Shown here: piece by piece, positions 30,135 through 44,476 of the stretch
Numbering within the stretch: position 1 is the first letter of the stretch
Layout of the letters: the number at the start of each line of letters is the position of its first letter
Assembly: GCA_951406725.2 (NCBI GenBank)
Contig: OX597832.1
Location: 64,170,001-64,234,000 of the forward strand
Direction: 5' to 3'
From: Octopus vulgaris
Lineage: Eukaryota
DNA length: 64,000 nucleotides
Program-made: the position numbers and the translations under genes
Notes under the pieces: generated by a model
Told to the model about the DNA's origin: nothing
Database searches by the model: none
What the model saw: only the letters and a program-made list of their open reading frames with translations

Positions 30135-30310
30135 ATCGTTAGCATGCTTGTCAAAATACTTCGCGGCCTTTCGTTTGTCTACGCGTTCTGAGTTTAAGCT
30201 CTGCTGAGAACGACTTTGCGTTTCCTTTTGTCGAGGTCGATAAAATAAGTACCAGCTGAACACCAGCATCAGTGTTATCGAGTAGCCTCCCCCATCGAAC
30301 TTACCAGGGC
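30135..30310 (+). mobile_element. SINE family A, partial
   Basis: tcgttagca..gttctgagtt..gaggtcgataaaataagtaccag. Confidence 0.75.
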
Positions 30311-30588
30311 TGAAGCTGAAGAGATTTGCATAAAGTCGTCCGCAGTGGGATTAAACTCGAAATCACGTGTTTCATAAACGAGCTCCTTAATCATAAAACC
30401 AATCCTGCACCTAAAAGTTAACTTGGATACAGTTAGACGGAGTCTTCCAAACGCAGTTGTCAAACGGTGACCGGAAGAGAGAGAGAGAGAGAGACATACA
30501 CGCACAAAAGCGAGCACACACATTTGCCACCACATATATGTACATATATATATGTATATATATATATATGTATATATATATATGTATA

Positions 30589-30649
<61 letters not shown>

Positions 30650-30713
30650 ATACATATATATACATATATATATATGTACATATATACATATACATATATA
30701 CATATATACATAC

Positions 30714-30749
<36 letters not shown>

Positions 30750-30811
30750 GTATGTATATATGTATATATGTATATGTATATATGTACATATATATATGTA
30801 TATATATGTAT

Positions 30812-30891
<80 letters not shown>

Positions 30892-31014
30892 ATATAGAGA
30901 GAGAGGTTATGAGTGGTAATGGTGTCAGTAAGACACATCTATTTTCATTCTTCCACTTCACTCTCTATTTCGTATGTTATCTAAATTAACTATTACTTAA
31001 CCATCTTCTCACAC

Positions 31015-31065
31015 CGTCTCCGATGAAGGTATATAATAAATAACCTGGAAACAGCTGGAAGACCG
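31015..31065 (+). ncRNA. Minimal type I hammerhead-like motif (CCGAUGA core, palindromic stem III), cleavage-site U mutated
   Basis: GTCT-CCGATGA-AGGT(12 nt)ACCT-G-GAAA-CAGCTG-GA-AGAC. Confidence 0.55.
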
Positions 31066-31119
31066 TCTATTTAAAAATGTTCTAAAATCTTCACATCCTT
31101 GTTGTTTTATATCATTCTG

Positions 31120-31850
31120 GAAAAAAATTATATATACACCATATAAACACCAAAGTTGACATGGCCTGCAGAATGTGTTCCTGGATTCTCAGAACTTTCC
31201 AGTCGAGAGATATCCACACCATTATCCTTCTCTTCTCCACTTTTGCCCGACCCCACCTTGAATACTGTTGTCCACTGTGGTCTCCCCACACAATACAAGG
31301 TATCATAAAAGTTGAAGCACCTCAAAGGGCAATCACAAAAAAGATAGATGGCATGACAGGCCTCGACTATTGGGGTCGGCTAGAAAAGCTAAAACTCTAT
31401 TCTCTCCAACGTCGTCGTGAGCGCTACATCATCTGCATGATGTGGAAAATATTCCATCAGCATTGCCCAAATGATGTTGGCATCACCTTTAAGGTACATC
31501 CAAGGCTTGGGCCCCGTGCCATCCGCCCAAAACAAAAATCGCACTCTCATCTCATAACAACAATACGGCACAATTATTTCACCTCAATTGGCCCCGCTCT
31601 CTTTAACATTACACCAAAACACATTAAAACAGAAACTGACCCTATAGGGTTCAAGAAGTCTTTGGACAGATTCCTTCAAGAAATCCCGGATAAACCCCCT
31701 ACACCCGGATATGTCTCTGTAAACAATAACTCTCTACTTGAGTGGGCCATAGTGCCCAAATTCTGACTTGAAAGACTTCACCAGGTGGTGCTATTAAGTT
31801 AGACATGGCCTGGGCCAATAATGGCCGAAACCTATCAAAGTATCAAAGTA
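31120..31850 (+). mobile_element. CR1/L2-type LINE family 2, 5'-truncated; uninterrupted ORF2 C-terminus (31161-31766) and 3'UTR
   Basis: WILRTFQSR..RPHLEYCCPLWSP..LEKLKLYSLQRRRERY..GPALFN..FKKSLDRFLQEIPDKP; (TATCAAAG)2 tail. Confidence 0.93.
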
Positions 31851-32315
31851 TATATATGTATATATATGTATATATATATATGTATATATATGTATATATA
31901 TATATGTATATATATGTATATATGTATATGCATATATATATACCTCATTTCTTCGAATATATATGTATATGCATATATATATGTGTATGTATATATATAG
32001 TTACATGTATATGTATGTATACAATTAAGATTCAGTTGAATTAGGTACTTAAATTGAGGTACCTTATTTAGTGAATACCAACGAATGGTAGGAAGATCAA
32101 TGTAAATATTTTTACTCCTTGAATTTGCTAATTATATTGAATAAGTTGAACTGTCCTTTATGTTCGAAGACAATGAATTCATCTGACGAAAACGGTTTCT
32201 TTACAATGATGTAAATGTTCTCATTCATCAAGTAAAGGAGCCGTTGGAAACTGCCGTAATGAATTGGCACCGCTATCCCTTCGTTACTCACTTATATTTT
32301 ATCTATCTGCCTATC

Positions 32316-32374
<59 letters not shown>

Positions 32375-32583
32375 ATGCATATGTATATGTATATTAAAAC
32401 TAAAATTAATCAAAGTACATACTAACTACATCTGCCTGCTGGATATAACAGTCAAAACTCTTATACAAAGCGCTGAAAAAAATTAATATCAATAATACCT
32501 TCCAAAATAGTTTCTCCTGAATTATCTGATCCATATATGTGTGTATGTATGTCTAGATGTGTATATATATGTATATGTATATA

Positions 32584-32633
<50 letters not shown>

Positions 32634-32681
32634 CATATATATATACATATATATATGTATATATATATACATATATATATA

Positions 32682-32759
<78 letters not shown>

Positions 32760-33369
32760 CCTGCTCGCTTAGCCAGCGGGGTGGCGTCATTCGAAGGCTA
32801 AAACAATGCGAACGCACTGTGACCAGCGATGTGTAACAACATCTGATGGTCTGGTCGGTCACGTGATCACGTGATATATATATATGTGTGTGTGTGTGTG
32901 TGTTTATAAATATGTATATATATATATGCATATATGTGTGTATATATATATATGTATATATATTAATATATGTGTTTATATATGTGTATATGTATATATA
33001 TATATAAATGTACACACACACACACATATATATATATAAATGTACATATATATATATATATATAGATGTACATATATATATATATGTACATATATGTATA
33101 CATATATATATATGTATATATATATATAAATGTACACACACACACACACATATATATATAAATGTACATATATATATATATATAGATGTACATATATATA
33201 TATGTACATATATGTATACATATATATATATATGTATATATATATATATGTACATATATATTTGTACATATATGTATGTACATGTATATATATATGTGTA
33301 TATATATAAATGTACATATATATATATATACATATGTATATATACAAATGTACATGTATATATATATAA

Positions 33370-33432
<63 letters not shown>

Positions 33433-33436
33433 AATG

Positions 33437-33468
<32 letters not shown>

Positions 33469-34127
33469 GTTAGATAGATAGATAGACAGATATATCATAC
33501 ACCTATATTCATATACACATACGCTTATAAATCAGATATTAAGACTTGGTTATTGAGAGATTAGACGTTTTTAGATGCCCCGAAATCGGACTCGAATCTC
33601 TGGGTCATACTCTGTTGCTAGTCTTAAAGTTCTATCAACAAATCGGGAAGTCAGCCTACTGCAAGATAATAGCATAATAGCAGTGATAAACCTGAAACCA
33701 TTAAAACTACTGGAAACCTCTGTCCGTTATGATGCCCGTCCTCCTTCCTCACCGTTCCATCGCTAACACGAACGTCGTCGTCGTCGCCACCGCCACCATC
33801 ACCACAGCCACCACAACCAACAACAACGACAACAACAGATCTTTGTCTTGTGCTTAACCGAGGAAGCACCAATAATGACTTTGCAGGTGAGAGAGAGAGA
33901 CTGAGGGAGTGAGAGAGTTAAGGAATGGGGCGGAGGAAGAGGTGTGGACGAGAGATTAACATCAGAAGATTTGCCGCCGCTAACGCATCAGTTGCTGTTT
34001 TACAGTCTGTCTCCGTTAGACCGTTATGAAGAAGCGTGAAGATGCAACAACATGATTTATAGAAGAAATCTGGAGAAACAAGACGAGATACATCGTTGTT
34101 CCATTCATTATTTATACGATGGATAAC

Positions 34128-34244
34128 AAAGGGAAAGAAAGAAAAGAAATGAAAAGGAAGGAAGAAAAAAATAAAAAGTAATAAAGAATAAAAACAGCCA
34201 GAAACAAGACAAGAAGTATCAAAGAAATTGTGTGCGTGTGTGCG

Positions 34245-34284
<40 letters not shown>

Positions 34285-34449
34285 TGAGAGAGAGAGATGC
34301 AAGGAGAAAGGACAAGAAAGAAAGAAGGAAAAGACTGGAGAGATAGGAAACGGAAAGCGTGAGTGATAGTTGGAGGAGAATGAAAAATGGTGCTAGAAAT
34401 AGTAAGGAAAATGCAGAGAGGGATAAAGAGATTGAGAGAAGAGAGAGAT

Positions 34450-34483
<34 letters not shown>

Positions 34484-34710
34484 GAAGATGAGAAAGAAAA
34501 ACAAGAAGAAATATGAAAAAAGAATCGAAGAGAGAGAGAGAGAGAGAAACGGTGAGAAAGGGAAAGAAGAGGAATATGGTGAAGAGAGAGAGAGAGAACA
34601 AGAGAGGAGAGAAAAAAAGATGTGAGAGGAGGGAGGGAGAAGGAGAGAGAGATAGAGGAGGAGGAGGAGGACAAAACAAGTCACAGAAGTAAAATGGAGG
34701 AGATAGAAAA
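34128..34710. repeat. Long purine-rich (GA/GAA/GGA) low-complexity tract
   Basis: Directly visible strand-asymmetric composition. Confidence 0.85.
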
Positions 34711-35889
34711 AATAATAATAGGAATGTGAAAAATATAATTCGGAAAGTTAAAAGCTATTTTTCATGATGTTACTGTTTAGCCCCAAGTCAGTCCATATTA
34801 TGGAGTCGTATGATCAAAGGCTTCCCAGTCATACCCATCCTGTTGATTTTGATTTCATACCTATTATTACATGTCTCTCCTTGCACTTTTAAGACAGCGG
34901 TCTGTGATTACAGAAATATTTGGCCCCTATTTCCATCAGGTATATGGAACGCTTAGTGGTCTTGTCTATTATTGGTCTTTAGCCCCAGGTCAGTTTCCGT
35001 TTAACAGACCTGAGATGTAAGGTGTTAACCTTATGATCATTCTATTAGTTTTAGGCAATGCGACTTCCAAACCACATCATGTAACGTGCCATTAAGATAC
35101 TCAGGTGAGCAACAACGTTGGCGCCAATTGGTTAGTCTTAGTTTGGATCCTTCACCGATTTTGACGACGAGTGTACAGTTGTTTGATCACTTGAATGGCC
35201 CAGTCTTTGAATTAACATGAAAATTGGTTGAGTATTCCATTGACACGCGTATTCTTAACGTAATTCTCGGGGATATCCAATGACACAGTGTGTTACCATG
35301 CCGAGCATTTTGAATTACAAGCGCAATCCATCCAACTTCCAATCATTTTCAGTCTTCCCAATTTCTCTCAAAAATCCAGCGTCGACCGGAAGTCCTTGGT
35401 GCTAGCATTCCATAATGAAGCCCTTCCATCTGAAGCCCTTCGTTCTCTTTGGAACATAGGTCGTTGATGATCATTACCCAATGTTCTCGACTCGGCCGTT
35501 TTTTATGCTTCTCCCCAGTTGGATCTTTGATTTTCCTTGTATCTTCTTTTTTGGATTTCGCTGCAAAGTTTCATGTTTCCCTGAAGAAAGACCTTCCTGT
35601 CTCAGATCTTTTTATTTGGCTTTGAATTGTCACTGCTGCTTCTCTAACTTTGCTTTTTTTTAGATAAGGGTTTTGGCCCTACACAAACCCATTTTTAACT
35701 TTAGGAAGAAATGGCCGATATTAATCTGCCCTTTGTTCTATGACATGTGAAACACTTGAGCTCCGCTGGTATACATTCCAGGGTCAATCAGGTATGCATC
35801 ACACCACAACAAGCACTGGAACACATGATAGACGTATCCTGGTTGGTTTACATGATATCATATTTAAGGTAAAAGAAAATGGTAGAGTG

Positions 35890-36075
35890 GGAATCAAGGC
35901 AAATGAGCAAATAGCGGCTCTTCACGAGCTGAGTTCAAACGTTGCCGAGGTCGACTTTGCTTTTAAACATTTTTAGGTCGATAAAATAAGTCCCAGATGA
36001 GCAATAAAATCGATGTAATTGACTTCCCGGTTCACCCCTAAAATTGCCGGCCTTGTACCAAAAGTTGATACTATT
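35890..36075 (+). mobile_element. SINE family A
   Basis: gagttcaaacgttgccgaggtcgactttgc..ggtcgataaaataag..ggccttgtaccaaaa. Confidence 0.8.
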
Positions 36076-36345
36076 GTCTACCAACGTTGCTTTATATTCT
36101 TGGTCTGTTTCACATTGAAATAGATTTCAGGTTTTATCTCTTCCCAGTGGCTTTTCATCGACAGCAGAAGTTTTTAATTTGAAAGGAGGGTGGCGGTGCA
36201 GGGTTCTTCAACTTGAACGACATCTAATCGCTACGGGTCGAGTCCTCACATCACTCAATCGCAAATAACCTGCGGTTAAACTACAAGAAAACGAGAGTAG
36301 CAGCAGCAGAAACAACGACAGCAATCTCTCGTAAATGGTTGGGAG

Positions 36346-36428
36346 GGCTCCCTATTAATGTTCGGGTTAAGATTAGAGTCGGATAAAATAGAGATCAACA
36401 CTATGGCACGCACTACCGACTTTTACCA
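36346..36428. repeat. Short dispersed repeat (second copy at about 45263-45335)
   Basis: gctc.ctattaat.ttcgggttaagatta..gtcg.ataaaat..actat.gcacgcact occurs in both places. Confidence 0.75.
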
Positions 36429-36694
36429 CACACACATATATATACATAACTATATATACACATATATACATAACTATATATACACATATATATATGGACA
36501 TATTTATACATATCTACACACACATATATATATATATATACATATATGCATATATACACACATATATATATACATATATATATATACGTATATATACATA
36601 TATATACATATATATATATACATATAGATGCATATATATATATACATATATGTACATATATGTATATATATATACATATAGATGCATATATATA

Positions 36695-36754
<60 letters not shown>

Positions 36755-36791
36755 TATACATACATACATATATATATGCATATATATATAT

Positions 36792-36824
<33 letters not shown>

Positions 36825-36826
36825 GA

Positions 36827-36867
<41 letters not shown>

Positions 36868-36873
36868 ACATAC

Positions 36874-36904
<31 letters not shown>

Positions 36905-36917
36905 CATATATACATAT

Positions 36918-36964
<47 letters not shown>

Positions 36965-37501
36965 CATATAGAAGAGATAAAAATGAATCAGAGTCGTTAA
37001 TGTCTACCTAAATTGAGGAAGAGTGACTAAACTATGAAACACCTTATGGCCAGATTACTGATAGATAGAAAGAGGGGAGAGAGTGAGAATGTGTGTATGA
37101 GAGATAGAGAGAGGTAGAAAGAGTGAGAGGGCAGTAAAGAACACTCGTCTATCACCTTTCATCACAGTCCGGCGCCTTACATAGCGAACCGAAATTTCGA
37201 TTTTCTATTCTGGAATTTTATCGATGTCCTAGACAGAATACAATTACCCTTTCTCGGCCACCTTCAACTCACCGCCAAATACAACAAACCAACAGAAAAC
37301 AGATAACACCATTAACAATAACAACGACTTTATCAAGGGTATCATTAAAAAAATACATAAAAACTACACAAAACAAATCAAAGAAAATAGAACGAAATCA
37401 AAATCATATATATATATACATACACACACATACATATATAAAGGTATATATATATGTGTATGTATGTGTATTTTTATACCTGTACGTACATAAACAGACA
37501 G

Positions 37502-37534
<33 letters not shown>

Positions 37535-38387
37535 CATACATATATGTATACATATCATATACATGCATACATACATACATGCATACATACAAACTTACAT
37601 ACATATCATATAACATGCATAGAAGGAAAATGGCGTTCATTAAATATAGATGGAAATAAAGAGAAAGGCGTATTACAAAGTTCGTAGCCTCGCTGTGAGC
37701 ATCACTTTACAGTGAGTAACAAAAACCTAACTTTAACCCATGCCCTAGCACTAACCCTAACCCTAACACTAATACTGCGAAGAAATAAAAGCAGAGAAAA
37801 AAGAGGTAAAGAAATGAGGATAACGCAAGATGTTTTATAGCATGTCAGCCATATTGACAACAAACGATGCTGACTGTAGAAGACCTCCGAAAATAGCGAA
37901 GTAATTATACTTGAGCTATAAAGTAAATCTAAAACGTGTTTTATTATTGCGGTTAAGAGCGGTAATATATTTTTTCTTCTTTCTTCATCACAATTATCTG
38001 CCCACTACCGTACCACAGCCAAGCAACCAGTACTCAGAACTTTCTGTAAGCTCCACCGCTCTCAATGGCACCACCATGAACACCGCCACCACCAACACCA
38101 CAGAACGACAGGCCGAACACCACGCCTATCACCGCACTTTGTGTTTCTATGTCTACGTTTATCTGGTTATGGCTAATAAGTAGGTGGTTTGCCTTCCTGT
38201 GTAATTTGTACGCCCGTTAATAGCCAGTTGGCTTTTAGACAAAATTGACTTACAACAAAGACAATAACAAAAAAGCAGAGAACAAACAAGCAAAAGGATG
38301 GAATAACAATAATTTCGGTGTTTGCTGTACTTTGCCAACATGTACACCGTTTGCAGCAATCAATTCAAATACTTGATCACACCCTAT

Positions 38388-38418
<31 letters not shown>

Positions 38419-38431
38419 AGTATATATATAG

Positions 38432-38766
38432 CTTTTATCTTTCATTTCTACCAGTCATGTGATTGCGGCCATAATGGGGCACAGCCTTGAAGAATTTTTT
38501 GTCGAATGACTCGACCCCGGTGCTGTTACTTTCAGAGCTTGGTACTTATTCTATCGGTCTTTTATGTCAGACCGCTAAGTTTCAGGTATGTAAGCAAACC
38601 AACACGGGTTGTCAAGCGGTAGTGGAGGATAATCACACACACACAAACATAGATATACGACAAGCTTCTTTCAGTTTCCGTTTACCAAATTCATTCAAGG
38701 TTATAGTAGAAAACACTTGCCCAAGGTGCAACGCAGTGGCACTGAACCTGGAACCATGTGATTGGG
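38432..38766 (-). mobile_element. SINE family B
   Basis: ggtacttattctatcggtct..ttctttcagtttccgtttaccaaat..cacttgcccaaggtg. Confidence 0.85.
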
Positions 38767-39324
38767 GTACGTTCTGATAGTGTAGAATGTCAGTGCATTC
38801 CTAATGCAGTACTTCGCATAGATGTTTGGTTATCTACAGAAACTATTCCAAGTCCGCTGGCGCAGAAACTCCAGGATTCCCACCGGCAAGAGCAGAGGGT
38901 GTTTTGGAGAGCAACATGTAATACTAAATCGGTTCAGTGCAAAAAGAATCGACTAAATACTATAGTCTGATAAAGTACCACTCGATATATTCAACCTTGC
39001 ATATTGAGTAACTTATCACATGGAGTTATTTACGTATAATGTGGTTAGAAACGGTGTAGTACAGAAACAATTGTAACTAACAATAATGTCATGCTATATT
39101 CATTTTGTCGTATAAACACACGCACACACGCGCGCATGTAATACGTTCTTCCGTGTTTGATGTTGCGCGGTTTACCTTGTGAGTGATAGATTGTCAGAAA
39201 CTGCTCAAATTTTCAGATGCGCATTCTTTTTAGTAACATTTTAATCATGTTGTTGGTAATTAAATAATATACAAATTAATCTATCCGTTTCTTCTTGGTT
39301 TGTGTTTGGTTTAGATAGCGATTA

Positions 39325-40080
39325 CTACTAAATACACTTTGTAGAAAGGGGTAATGAATATGATGATATAACATATGCTACAATGAAGGAAGAATTTGAA
39401 AGAAAACCCAGAATATGCCATGAAAGTAAGAGTCATCCTAAAAACTGAGCTGAATGTAGAAGACAGAATATATGCTATAAACATCCAGTTATGTCTGACA
39501 GCTTGAAGATCGTCTGCTGGAGCATAAGGTGAAATTGAATGGAGAGACATGAAGATGCCAAAGGTATTGACATGTAACTAAGCTCAGTATTCTTAGGTTG
39601 GTGTTGATCGTCTAAACCTGTCCTGAACAAGCTAAAGCAATGTTACAACTTGATGCTTCATGTAAAATAACAATGGGGATGTTTAGACACGTAGATTAAC
39701 AGAAGATTACATGCTGCAACATGTTCGAGAGCGTGAAAACGGCATAAAACTACATTTAGTTACGAAATAATGTAGAAAATGCGCAACCGAACGCAATATA
39801 AACTTCGAAATAAGTGAACAACAGGGAAAACCCTCGAGGTACAGGATAAAACATTAAGAAGCTAGAGAAAGTGCAAAGTCAAGGAGAATTAGAAGAGCAA
39901 AGAAGAGAAAACCTCTACGTGGACAGTATGTATTTCAAAGTAAAATCCAAGATGTGTACGAGAAAAACAACACATCAATGGTCGAAGAGAAAAAATTACT
40001 GGACACAAAATCCTCCTTTTCGATCGCGTTTCTCATCATGTGGAACTTTGACAAGTTGGTGAGAATAACACCTTAAAGGA
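39325..40080 (+). mobile_element. Decayed R4/Dong-type LINE, RT C-terminal region
   Basis: EYAMKVRVILKTELNVEDRIYAINI matches the R4-clade EY.RRVR.ILK.ELNA.N.I.AIN pattern; many stops. Confidence 0.6.
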
Positions 40081-40879
40081 AAAGCGCTGTCCTCAAGCCA
40101 TTCAGTCACTTCAGTTTTTGTGGATTCCATCACAACCTTACCTGTAGAATTTAGGTCGAACGATCATAGCCCTTCTGAGGCACAACCAGTCTAAGGATGC
40201 TTAAAATTTATCTGTAATTCTGGACCTGAATATCCAGAACCTATTATCCTGTTCTTGTCCACACTTAGAACCGGTCACACTCTTAATGAAAATGAAAATA
40301 ACATAATAAATTATGCTTAACGACGCCCTATTGTCCACATTCTAAAGGGCCAATCCAATTGTTTGCAACAAAAATGCTTACAAAAAAACCAAAAAAACCC
40401 CTCTGAAATACATTTTCTCCACTCTGCTTTTTTCCGCTGACATTACGTTGGCCATTTCCCCTCGGAGATGCTTAGCCTCACTTTACCTCCTGTTAAGCTT
40501 ATCTCACTCATCGTTCTCCCCCAACTCTCTCTTATTTGTCACCATTTTGAATACATTCTCACTGGTGCTGCACTAATCTTCAATTTTTCTGTCCCAGAAC
40601 GTCAATCTTTTTCGAATACAAAAATAACAAGATATTTAATAATAATTTTCTCTTACCCTGATCACATAAGTAGTAGATCCGACTTCCAGGTGTCTCTTTA
40701 TGTAAACTGTACCGTTATAGGGTTGAATTTCAAATGGAGTGCTATCAGCGTCTGCCCAAAAAATAAATAAATAAAAATAAAATAATAATACAAATAGGTG
40801 TTATATACATACACAGAAAAATATATCTATCTATATATATGTTTGTAGAGATATCTATCTATCTTTGTGTGCGTTTGTG

Positions 40880-40919
<40 letters not shown>

Positions 40920-40922
40920 GAC

Positions 40923-40977
<55 letters not shown>

Positions 40978-41061
40978 CATATATATATATATATACATAT
41001 GTGTGTACACAATGACTAAAACAAGAGGTAAGCGGTAAAAGATATATATATATACATACAT

Positions 41062-41111
<50 letters not shown>

Positions 41112-41168
41112 ATGTGTGTGTGCGTGTGTGTGTGTACACAATGACATATATATATATACATATATATC

Positions 41169-41206
<38 letters not shown>

Positions 41207-41614
41207 CAATGAATAAAAGGAAACAAAGCAAGCAATAACTATTAATGCACTATTTGAGAAGTACAGGTAAACTTTTCAAGGAAAAGATAAACTGTGATAA
41301 AACGCATTTGATAGGGGAGCGCTGCGTAAAATGCCAAAACAATTTGTTAAGCACTGAGAGGACCATTAAGACGTTTATGATGTCTGCATAGAGTGGAGGA
41401 TATCTGCTTCGTAGAATGCCTCAATAATTGTATGGTTGATAGGAATGAACGTGTTAGGAAGACCAAATTTGAAATTGAAATAAGAGAGAATTTCCTGCCA
41501 GTGGCTTACATTCTGTATGGCTTTTTGTCAGTCAGTGTGTGTGTCCCTGAGGTACAGTATATGCATAGAAGTGTATATTATACATGAATATATACATACA
41601 CAGACACACACATA

Positions 41615-41648
<34 letters not shown>

Positions 41649-41846
41649 CTGTACCTTTCTCTCTTTATATATATATATATTTATTTACATATATATGAAT
41701 ATATATCTGTGTGTGTGTGCGTTCGGTTTATGTGACTTGCGTGCTGTGTTTGTCCCCTACTAGCCTTTGTTAACGTGGCAGTTCAGAAAATGACAATAAT
41801 AAAATAAGCGCCGCAGTCTAATCACTGAAACAAGACAATGAAATTC

Positions 41847-41890
<44 letters not shown>

Positions 41891-41902
41891 AATAATACCA
41901 AC

Positions 41903-41994
<92 letters not shown>

Positions 41995-41996
<2 letters not shown>

Positions 41997-42550
41997 GCCC
42001 TGATGCAGTACCAGGCAGAGGCTCTCATGGCTTCTGATCTTAACTGATTGGAAGTGTTATCATGTACATTGTTCTGTCTTGGTATAAAAGATGGGCTACA
42101 GCAAATATTCTGCTCAATACCACAGATTTGCTTGTCAGTTTTTTGACCTTAACCAGTTGAGCATGTCCCTTAGTGACTGACGATATGTGCATCTCTGATC
42201 ACGAGCAGAAGTAGTGGGGGAGCATCATAGCCATGTGTTGAGAGGGATTCTTTGGGGTTTGAATAATTCACCTCTGGAGACATGGGTGGGTTTTTCAACA
42301 TCCTTAAACAACCCTTATTCAGGGACCGTTTGAGCGGGATGGGCTACTCAACCTGAAGAAAATTCTAACTGGGCCCCACCTGCAAGGTCATGTGCAGTTT
42401 ATCTTGATATGAGATCACCATGCCGCGCACATATGGTTGTGATGCATGTGCCTGGTGTGCCCTTATCAGACGGGTAGTCATGATGGGTATATTGGGCTTC
42501 GTATATTTTACCCCAGTGTCACTTTGATGGCATGCTCTGCTCGCTCACTC
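41995..42550 (+). mobile_element. Non-coding retroposon embedded in (AAT)n, copy 1
   Basis: Flanked on both sides by (AAT)n. Highly similar to 44033-44406, with the same 3' end. Confidence 0.85.
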
Positions 42551-42625
<75 letters not shown>

Positions 42626-42658
42626 TATTATTATTATTAGTAGTAGTAGTAGTAGTAA

Positions 42659-43281
42659 AGCGGCGATCTAGCAGAATCGTTAGCAGGCCGGCAGAAATTC
42701 TTAGCCGTATTTCGCCCATCGCTACGTTCTGAGTTCAAATTCCGCCCAGGTCGACGTTACCTTTCGCTAAAATAAGTGCCAGTTGAACACTGGGGTCGAC
42801 TCATCCCCCACCTCCCCCAAGCTACCCTTGTGGAAAAACTTTGAAATGATAATAATTATTGTTATTAAGGCGGCGAGCAGGCAGAATGCTTAGCGGCATT
42901 TCGTCCGTAATTACGTACTGAGTTCAATTTCCGCCGCGGCTGAATTTACCTTTCATCCCTTCAGGGCAGTTAAAATAAGTACCAGCTGAACGCTGGAGTC
43001 GATGTAATCGGTTTGTCCTCTCCTCCAAATATCAGGCCTTCTGCCTAGAGCAGAAACAATCATCAGTAAGACGGTGAGCGGGCAGGATCGTTAGCACGCT
43101 GGACGAAATGCTTAGCGGTATTTCGTCCATCGCTAGGTTCTGAGTTCAAATTACGCCGAGGTTGATTTTTGCCTTTCTTCCTTTCGGGGCGATAAATTAA
43201 GTAACAGTTGTGTACTGTGGTTGATGTAATCGACTTAAACCCTCCCCCCAAATTTCAGGCCTTGCTACTTTCGTAGAAACG

Positions 43282-43282
<1 letters not shown>
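42659..43282 (+). mobile_element. Three tandem SINE family A copies (about 42659-42848, 42869-43060, 43069-43282) followed by (ATT)n
   Basis: Three repeats of the gcagaatcgttagc/gagttcaaat/ctttc/aagtaccag/gtcgatgtaatcg units. Confidence 0.9.
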
Positions 43283-43338
<56 letters not shown>

Positions 43339-44032
43339 TAATAAAATTTTGATTAGGTTCCTTGCAACTTAAATTTTTGTAGGCTTGTCATACGAACCTA
43401 GCTCATAGACTTAGGCTAATGAATTATATAGATATATAAACATACAGAATAATTTATATCTATCTATACATATACAACGTGGTTTGTTACTGCGTATAGT
43501 TACATATATAAACTGTCAAACATCAAAAAGACAACATTTATTTGTATCTTTAAGAGGTTGACGTTTACGATGTTTCGACCACATCGCTTTCATCTGGCTG
43601 ATATAAAAGGTACACATCCATCTAGCTACATGTATGTATGTGCATACGCTATTGCTTACAGATAACTTTACACACACTTACTCACATGTATATACATATA
43701 TATTACTTTTATTTGTCGTCCGTAGAGGAAACTATAACATGTTCATATCATAATTTTTTTGTGCAAGATAGTATCAACTGGTTGCAAGGTTTTCATTTCA
43801 GAGATTTCCTTCTCTTTGATGGTTTGTGGTCACTGTGAGTGGAGAGCAACATCTATCCTTGAGTATAATGGAGGGCATTAATTCTCCTGAGTCCTCCACC
43901 CCTCTGACGGCTCTTGTTTTTCATTCTGCAGAGTGTCCAAGTATCACCTTCTTTACCAAGGACCTGAATTGCCACCACTAGAATGGATTATTATGATATA
44001 TTATTATTGTTATTATATAATAATAATAATAA

Positions 44033-44406
44033 GTTTTATCTTGGTATAAAAGATGGGCTACAGCAAATATTTTGCTCAATACCACAGATTTGCTTGTCAG
44101 TTGGGATTCTTTGGAGTTTGAATAATGAACCTCTGGAAAAATGGATGTTGTGTTCAACATTCTTAAACAACCCTTATTCAGGGACCTTTTGAGCGGGATG
44201 GGCGATTCGAGCAGAAGAAAATTCTAACTGGGCCCCACCTGCAAGGTCATGTGCTGTTTATCTTGATATGAGATCATCATGTCGCGCACATATTGTTGTG
44301 ATGCATGTGCCTAGTGTACCCTTAGACGGGTAGTCATGAAAGGTATACTGGGCTTCGTGTATTTTACCCCAGTGTCACTTTGATGACATGCACTGCTCTC
44401 TCACTC
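44033..44406 (+). mobile_element. (AAT)n-embedded retroposon, copy 2; 5'-truncated and internally deleted
   Basis: Aligns to 42072-42550 but lacks about 42141-42243. Confidence 0.85.
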
Positions 44407-44410
44407 AATG

Positions 44411-44476
<66 letters not shown>

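Noticed and set aside
31161-31766. Host protein-coding gene
   Set aside because: It is the C-terminal part of a LINE ORF2, followed by the LINE 3'UTR and tail.
37725-37775. Interstitial telomere (CCCTAA)n
   Set aside because: Only 2-3 perfect units; more likely part of a dispersed repeat.
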